Below are positions 26,184 through 30,540 of a stretch of DNA of 30,540 bases, in pieces (positions within the stretch are counted from its first letter, which is position 1; each line of letters opens with the position of its first letter). The stretch is from Candidatus Moanibacter sp. (GTDB lineage: Bacteria; Verrucomicrobiota; Verrucomicrobiia; Opitutales; UBA2987). The stretch spans positions 1 through 30,540 of the forward strand of contig CBDCEW010000057.1 in NCBI GenBank assembly GCA_965215885.1, written 5' to 3'. The position numbers and the translations under genes were made by a program. The notes under the pieces are model-generated. The model was not told the origin of the DNA. It was given only the letters and a program-made list of their open reading frames with translations, and searched no databases.

Positions 26184-27434
26184 TTAAAGTATTGCCGCAT
26201 CCCAGGACTCATAGTGCCGAAGAAGGACATCGAGACACTCGTCCCTGGATTTAAAGGCGCTCACAGGAATCTGATCGATTGGTAGATCGATTTCGAATCC
26301 CGGGCCAATTTTCGAATTATTGTGAATGTTCAGGATACCACCGTGATGATGGACGAGGAGGAATGCTGAGAGCAGTCTAAGGCTGATTTCTTCCTCTTTA
26401 TCGTCGGCCAAAATCGCGAATAGTTTATTATATTTGTGTTCCTGCCAGGATTGAGGGTCGGTCTTGAACCGTATAATGATGCCCTGAGTCTTTCCATTCT
26501 CTTCAGATTTCGCTGCCGTAATCTCCATTCTTGCCCCTTCCCGACACATAAACTTCATGGAATCCACAACAGTATTGAAGCAGCGCTCCATGAGTCTTCT
26601 GTGAATTTTTAGGGGCGGGAGGTCGGAATCGATATGGAATGAGATCTGATCGGTCTTATCATTGCATTGTGTCGTCGGACTTGGAGAAACCCGATGCAGT
26701 AGTTCGCTCAGCTGACATTCGCTCTGGGCCTCGTCGCTCAATCCTGTCGTGGCCTCACGAATTTTATCCGCGATCTTTAACACTGCCCGGCTTTCATTCT
26801 GCGCCAGATCGCCGATATCCTGCAACGCGGCATATCCTTTGGCTGTCGCGTTTCTCAACCACTCCTCCTGGAAGTTGGGCGGTAGTTGAGTGACGAAATT
26901 CGATAGAGCTCCAATGGGATTATTGAGGCGGTCCGAGAGGCCGACTGTGAATACTGCCAGGCTTTGGACGCGGTCCATGATAATAAGGCGCTGCAGCACA
27001 CTCATTTTTTCTCGCAGTAAAATGTCCCGCTCTCTCTGAACCCGGTAGAAGTCCGCTGCCCTTTTCATAGTGGCGCGTAACTCATCGATCTTCCAGGGCT
27101 TTCTGATATATTGGTAAATCGCACCTTCATTCACCCCATCGATTGCACTCGTGAGGTCTGAATAGGCGGTGGTGAGGATCCGTATGATTTTTGGATATAT
27201 CTGCCGGCTCCTGCTCAGGAGATCGACTCCCGTCTTCCCCGGCATCCTTTGATCCGAAAGCAGGATTGCGATATCTCCCCGCTTCTCTTCAATGATGTTC
27301 CAACCCTCATCAAAGCTCGCAGCCGTCAGGACTTCGTAGTCCTTTTTGAAGGCCCTTATGAAGTATTTCAGGGCAAGATCCTCGTCGTCTACAAAGAGAA
27401 CTCTGATCCTGCCTGCGGAAGGGTGCGCATTCAT
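26184..27434 (-). CDS. PhcR-position response regulator with degenerate (pseudo)kinase domain
   Basis: VLFVDDEDLALKYF, LSDQRMPG, KPW; H-box reads GLSDRLNNP (His replaced by Asp); no N or G1 boxes. Confidence 0.75.
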   Translation of the reverse strand: MNAHPSAGRIRVLFVDDEDLALKYFIRAFKKDYEVLTAASFDEGWNIIEEKRGDIAILLSDQRMPGKTGVDLLSRSRQIYPKIIRILTTAYSDLTSAIDGVNEGAIYQYIRKPWKIDELRATMKRAADFYRVQRERDILLREKMSVLQRLIIMDRVQSLAVFTVGLSDRLNNPIGALSNFVTQLPPNFQEEWLRNATAKGYAALQDIGDLAQNESRAVLKIADKIREATTGLSDEAQSECQLSELLHRVSPSPTTQCNDKTDQISFHIDSDLPPLKIHRRLMERCFNTVVDSMKFMCREGARMEITAAKSEENGKTQGIIIRFKTDPQSWQEHKYNKLFAILADDKEEEISLRLLSAFLLVHHHGGILNIHNNSKIGPGFEIDLPIDQIPVSAFKSRDECLDVLLRHYESWDAAIL

Positions 27435-27454
27435 CAAAAATTAAAGTGTGCCTC

Positions 27455-30154
27455 TTATGTTGGTATCAGATTCTGATTTCTCTCCATCCGGTCTGACTCC
27501 CCTGAGTGTAGATCCCGCTGGTCCTCTATGTGCGGGGGAGAAAAGCCTTCGCGGTTGGGAGTCGCCGCGCCGCTCTCGGAAAGGGGTAGATCAAAGGTAA
27601 ACTCGGTCCAATTTCCCTTTTCACTGCGGGCGTGCAAGGTTCCTCCATGGTTCTTTACGATGGTGTGGCAGATACTGAGGCCGAGGCCGATCCCCTCGCC
27701 GACATCACGCGTCGTGTAGAAGGGTTCAAAGATCCTCTCCTTAACTGCTTCTTCCATACCCGTCCCGTTGTCCCACACTTTCAACGTCACGCGTCCATCC
27801 TTACGACTATCCGACACCCTGATTTGAGCTGCACTTTCCTCAGGCACCGCTTTCGCTGCCAGGGAAGCGTTGACGAGCAGGTTCATAAAGACGTGAACAA
27901 TCTGCTGTTCGGAACCAAAAACGGTGGCATTGCGATCCAGTTCATTCTCTATGGAAATTCCCTTGAGTTCATGAGAGACGAGGCGCAATGCGGATTCCAG
28001 ACAGGTGACGAGGCTGAAATGGTTCACTTTGCCTGCTTCATCGGGATACGCAAAGGTGTGTAAGTCGGAAACGATCCCGCTGATGCGCTCCATTCCCTCT
28101 TGTATATCCATCAGAGTCTCCTTCAGTTCCTCATCGCTCTCAGGGACGTACTCGAGCCCGACCTGGAGAGCTGTTAAGGTGTAATTGAGCGGATTGTTTA
28201 TCTCATGGAGGAGTCCCGCCGCAAGGGTGCCCAGCGCTCGCATTTTTTCGCTCTGCACGAGTTGGGATTCGGTTTCTTTGAGTTTTCTCAGCGTCTCCTC
28301 CAACTCCCTATTGCGAACCTTCAAATCCTTTTGCAGTTGCGCCGTTCTTAACAGGTTGGCAATTCGAGTTTTAACTTCAATGGTGCTGAACGGTTTCGTC
28401 AAAAAATCATCCGCACCTTCTTCCAATGCCTTGATTTTTGAGGCTTCGTCCACGCGCGCCGTCAGCAGAATAATCTTCAACTCCTCATTATTGCCTTTCG
28501 CGCGCAACTCCCGGCAGACTTGCAGCCCGTCCATTCCCGGCAACATCCAGTCCAGCAGGGCCAGATCCGGACGCTCTTTTCGCGCCAGCTCCAGCCCGCT
28601 CTCACCGTCCGCGGCCTGAACCACCCGAAAGTTTTCCGCCAACTGTGAAACTAGATAACGCCGCATATCCGGTTCGTCGTCCACCACCAGGACCGTTTTC
28701 TCACCTTCTCCAACAATTCGGAGATCTTCTGAAGAGGAAGGGCTCTCCGTGATTGCGATGCGGTCGGCCTGCCTGAATGCTTTCGCGAAGGGTTCTTCGG
28801 ATTCGTCGGTGGCGCCTGCCTCCCTGACCGAATCCAGCTCGCTCTCGCGCAGAAGGGGAAACTCCATCCTGAATAGCGTTCCCTTTCCCACCTCGCTTTC
28901 CGCCGTCAGTCGGCCGCCGTGCTTATCGACGAGTTCGCGAACCAGCGCCAGGCCGATGCCAACCCCCTGATACTTTTTCGTCGACGATCCGTCCGCCTGG
29001 TGAAAGCGATCGAATATTCTCGGTAAATCCTCCCGGGAGACTCCAATGCCCGTGTCTTCAACTTCCACCACTGCCATTCCATTCTTTCCCTTCCACCGCG
29101 TGGTTATTACACCTCCGGGGGGCGTGAATTTGATCGCGTTGCTGAGAAGGTTGAGAAATACTTTCTCCAGACGGTTCGGATCCCCCCCAATAAGGAGAGG
29201 GTCATCCCGGCCTTCTGTCTCAATTCTCAGGTCCTTTACTCCCCCTAAATGTCTCACCGAATCTACAATCCCCGGCACGTATGTTGACAGATTGACCGTT
29301 TCTTTGGTCAGGGAAAGCCCCCCTTCTTCCAAACGGATCGTATCGAGTAAGTCGTTGATCAACTTCAGCAGCCGCAACGCGTTCTGTCTGGCCAGACCCA
29401 GTGCCTCTCGTACTTTCGAAGGCAGTTCCTCCGCCTTTCGCATCAGGTCCTCGACCGGCGTCAGTATCAGTGTCAGCGGCGTGCGTAACTCGTGGCTGAC
29501 ATTTGCGAAAAATTCCGACTTCATGCGGTCCAACTCCTGCAGCTTTCTGTTCCGCACGTCCAATTCGTGACGGAGTAAAAAGTCTCGAAATCGCGCTCTT
29601 GAATAAAAGTGGCTCCCAACGACGCAAATCAGCGAGGTAAGGGACAAGAAATAGAAGTTGTTGAAAAACGTACCTATTTCGATTGAATCTGCTCTTCCGA
29701 TGAGATTTAACCTGCAGGACAAAAAGTATAATCCAAGCGAAACAGCACACACCAGGAATGTTTCGAATGTTGTCCACGGTAGTAGTACGGCGACGCCAAG
29801 AATTATCAAACTGAGCCCAGCGTAATAAGGCGAATTCGGCCCTTCTGTAAGATAGATCATATAGCAGAAGGATCCGTTTAGAATCAGTATCCAGATTAAG
29901 CCTATGGGCCGAATGTGATGCTGACCAAAAGGAGTGTATAGCAAGCCAAAGAGACCGAAAACCAAAAGACTTGCCAATATTCTTAACTCAAAAAATAGCC
30001 ACAGCAATTCTCGATATACAAACCAATCTAATATCGCTCCACCCGGCATGCAGATAAGAGTCAGAATACAGCCTACCTTCGTGTGCCTGATTCGTATTGA
30101 CGAATTCTCCTCTAGATAGGAATCAGCCAATTTCTGATCGAGAGCCACGTTCAT
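27455..30154 (-). CDS. PhcS-like membrane hybrid sensor: multi-TM - HisKA - HATPase - REC - HisKA - HATPase
   Basis: About 6 hydrophobic helices in the first 190 aa; SHELRTPL/NAIKFT/DTGIG/GVGIGL; VDDEPDM/LLDWMLP/KPF; LHEINNPL/DNGTG/FEPFYTT/GIGLGL; ATG overlaps the upstream stop (TGATG). Confidence 0.9.
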   Translation of the reverse strand: MNVALDQKLADSYLEENSSIRIRHTKVGCILTLICMPGGAILDWFVYRELLWLFFELRILASLLVFGLFGLLYTPFGQHHIRPIGLIWILILNGSFCYMIYLTEGPNSPYYAGLSLIILGVAVLLPWTTFETFLVCAVSLGLYFLSCRLNLIGRADSIEIGTFFNNFYFLSLTSLICVVGSHFYSRARFRDFLLRHELDVRNRKLQELDRMKSEFFANVSHELRTPLTLILTPVEDLMRKAEELPSKVREALGLARQNALRLLKLINDLLDTIRLEEGGLSLTKETVNLSTYVPGIVDSVRHLGGVKDLRIETEGRDDPLLIGGDPNRLEKVFLNLLSNAIKFTPPGGVITTRWKGKNGMAVVEVEDTGIGVSREDLPRIFDRFHQADGSSTKKYQGVGIGLALVRELVDKHGGRLTAESEVGKGTLFRMEFPLLRESELDSVREAGATDESEEPFAKAFRQADRIAITESPSSSEDLRIVGEGEKTVLVVDDEPDMRRYLVSQLAENFRVVQAADGESGLELARKERPDLALLDWMLPGMDGLQVCRELRAKGNNEELKIILLTARVDEASKIKALEEGADDFLTKPFSTIEVKTRIANLLRTAQLQKDLKVRNRELEETLRKLKETESQLVQSEKMRALGTLAAGLLHEINNPLNYTLTALQVGLEYVPESDEELKETLMDIQEGMERISGIVSDLHTFAYPDEAGKVNHFSLVTCLESALRLVSHELKGISIENELDRNATVFGSEQQIVHVFMNLLVNASLAAKAVPEESAAQIRVSDSRKDGRVTLKVWDNGTGMEEAVKERIFEPFYTTRDVGEGIGLGLSICHTIVKNHGGTLHARSEKGNWTEFTFDLPLSESGAATPNREGFSPPHIEDQRDLHSGESDRMERNQNLIPT

Positions 30155-30540
30155 CAATCAATAGTGTCCTTTCGAATATCCAGAAATATGTTTAAACCCG
30201 TTTGATCCGTTTCGACTTTCTTGCGGAATTGGCATGGGGCGAGTTCGAGAAGTGCTCTCTCATCTCGGTAAAACAAATACCATTCGAGGAGATGCTCCAT
30301 CTGATAACGATTTGGATTTTTTGTGTGCACATTCGATATCGTTAATAGACCACCAGGTCGCAACCATTCATACATTAATTCGATCAAGGACTTGCAGGTC
30401 TGGTTTGTAAGATAGTCGAACAGCCCAGCACAATAAATCATATCGTATTTTGTGGGGACCAATTCTGAGGATTGATGAGCTTCTTTAAGAAATTCATCAA
30501 TCGATTTTAGTATTAATTTCACCCTGGTTCGTCGCTTACT
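30154..30540 (-). CDS. SAM-dependent methyltransferase, PhcB-like signal synthase (3' end only)
   Basis: YDMIYCAGLFDYL, LRPGGLLTISNV, NPNRYQMEHLLEWYLFYRD; frame open to the window edge; translationally coupled to the sensor. Confidence 0.75.
   Translation of the reverse strand, partial: SKRRTRVKLILKSIDEFLKEAHQSSELVPTKYDMIYCAGLFDYLTNQTCKSLIELMYEWLRPGGLLTISNVHTKNPNRYQMEHLLEWYLFYRDERALLELAPCQFRKKVETDQTGLNIFLDIRKDTID

Overview
A ~54% GC (estimated by eye) bacterial window, probably PVC-superphylum (Verrucomicrobia-like; inferred from repeat style and gene content only). It has five parts. (1) A frameshifted peptide/oligosaccharide ABC permease converging on a minus-strand five-gene carbohydrate-catabolism operon: GH2, a stand-alone SdhA/NadB-type flavoprotein, a GH50-like barrel, an MDR dehydrogenase and a TIM-barrel isomerase. 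(2) An IS hotspot with three complete elements (ISNCY/IS5-like, IS4, ISL3), each with intact terminal repeats and target-site duplications. (3) A DehI-fold gene plus a type II haloacid dehalogenase, then an IclR / Gci-like enolase / KdgK sugar-acid module whose kinase is split by a 549-bp IS200 element and which is bracketed by ~41-bp direct repeats. (4) A second enolase and a set of gene relics (higBA, enolase paralog, duplicated gene junction) with ~115-bp palindromic tandem repeats downstream of tRNA-Pro(GGG). (5) The most notable locus: a phcB-phcS-phcR-phcQ-like operon resembling Ralstonia fatty-acid-methyl-ester quorum sensing, with a double-kinase sensor, a His-to-Asp pseudokinase and an extra frameshifted hybrid kinase. 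All family assignments are from motif recognition by eye; no searches were run.
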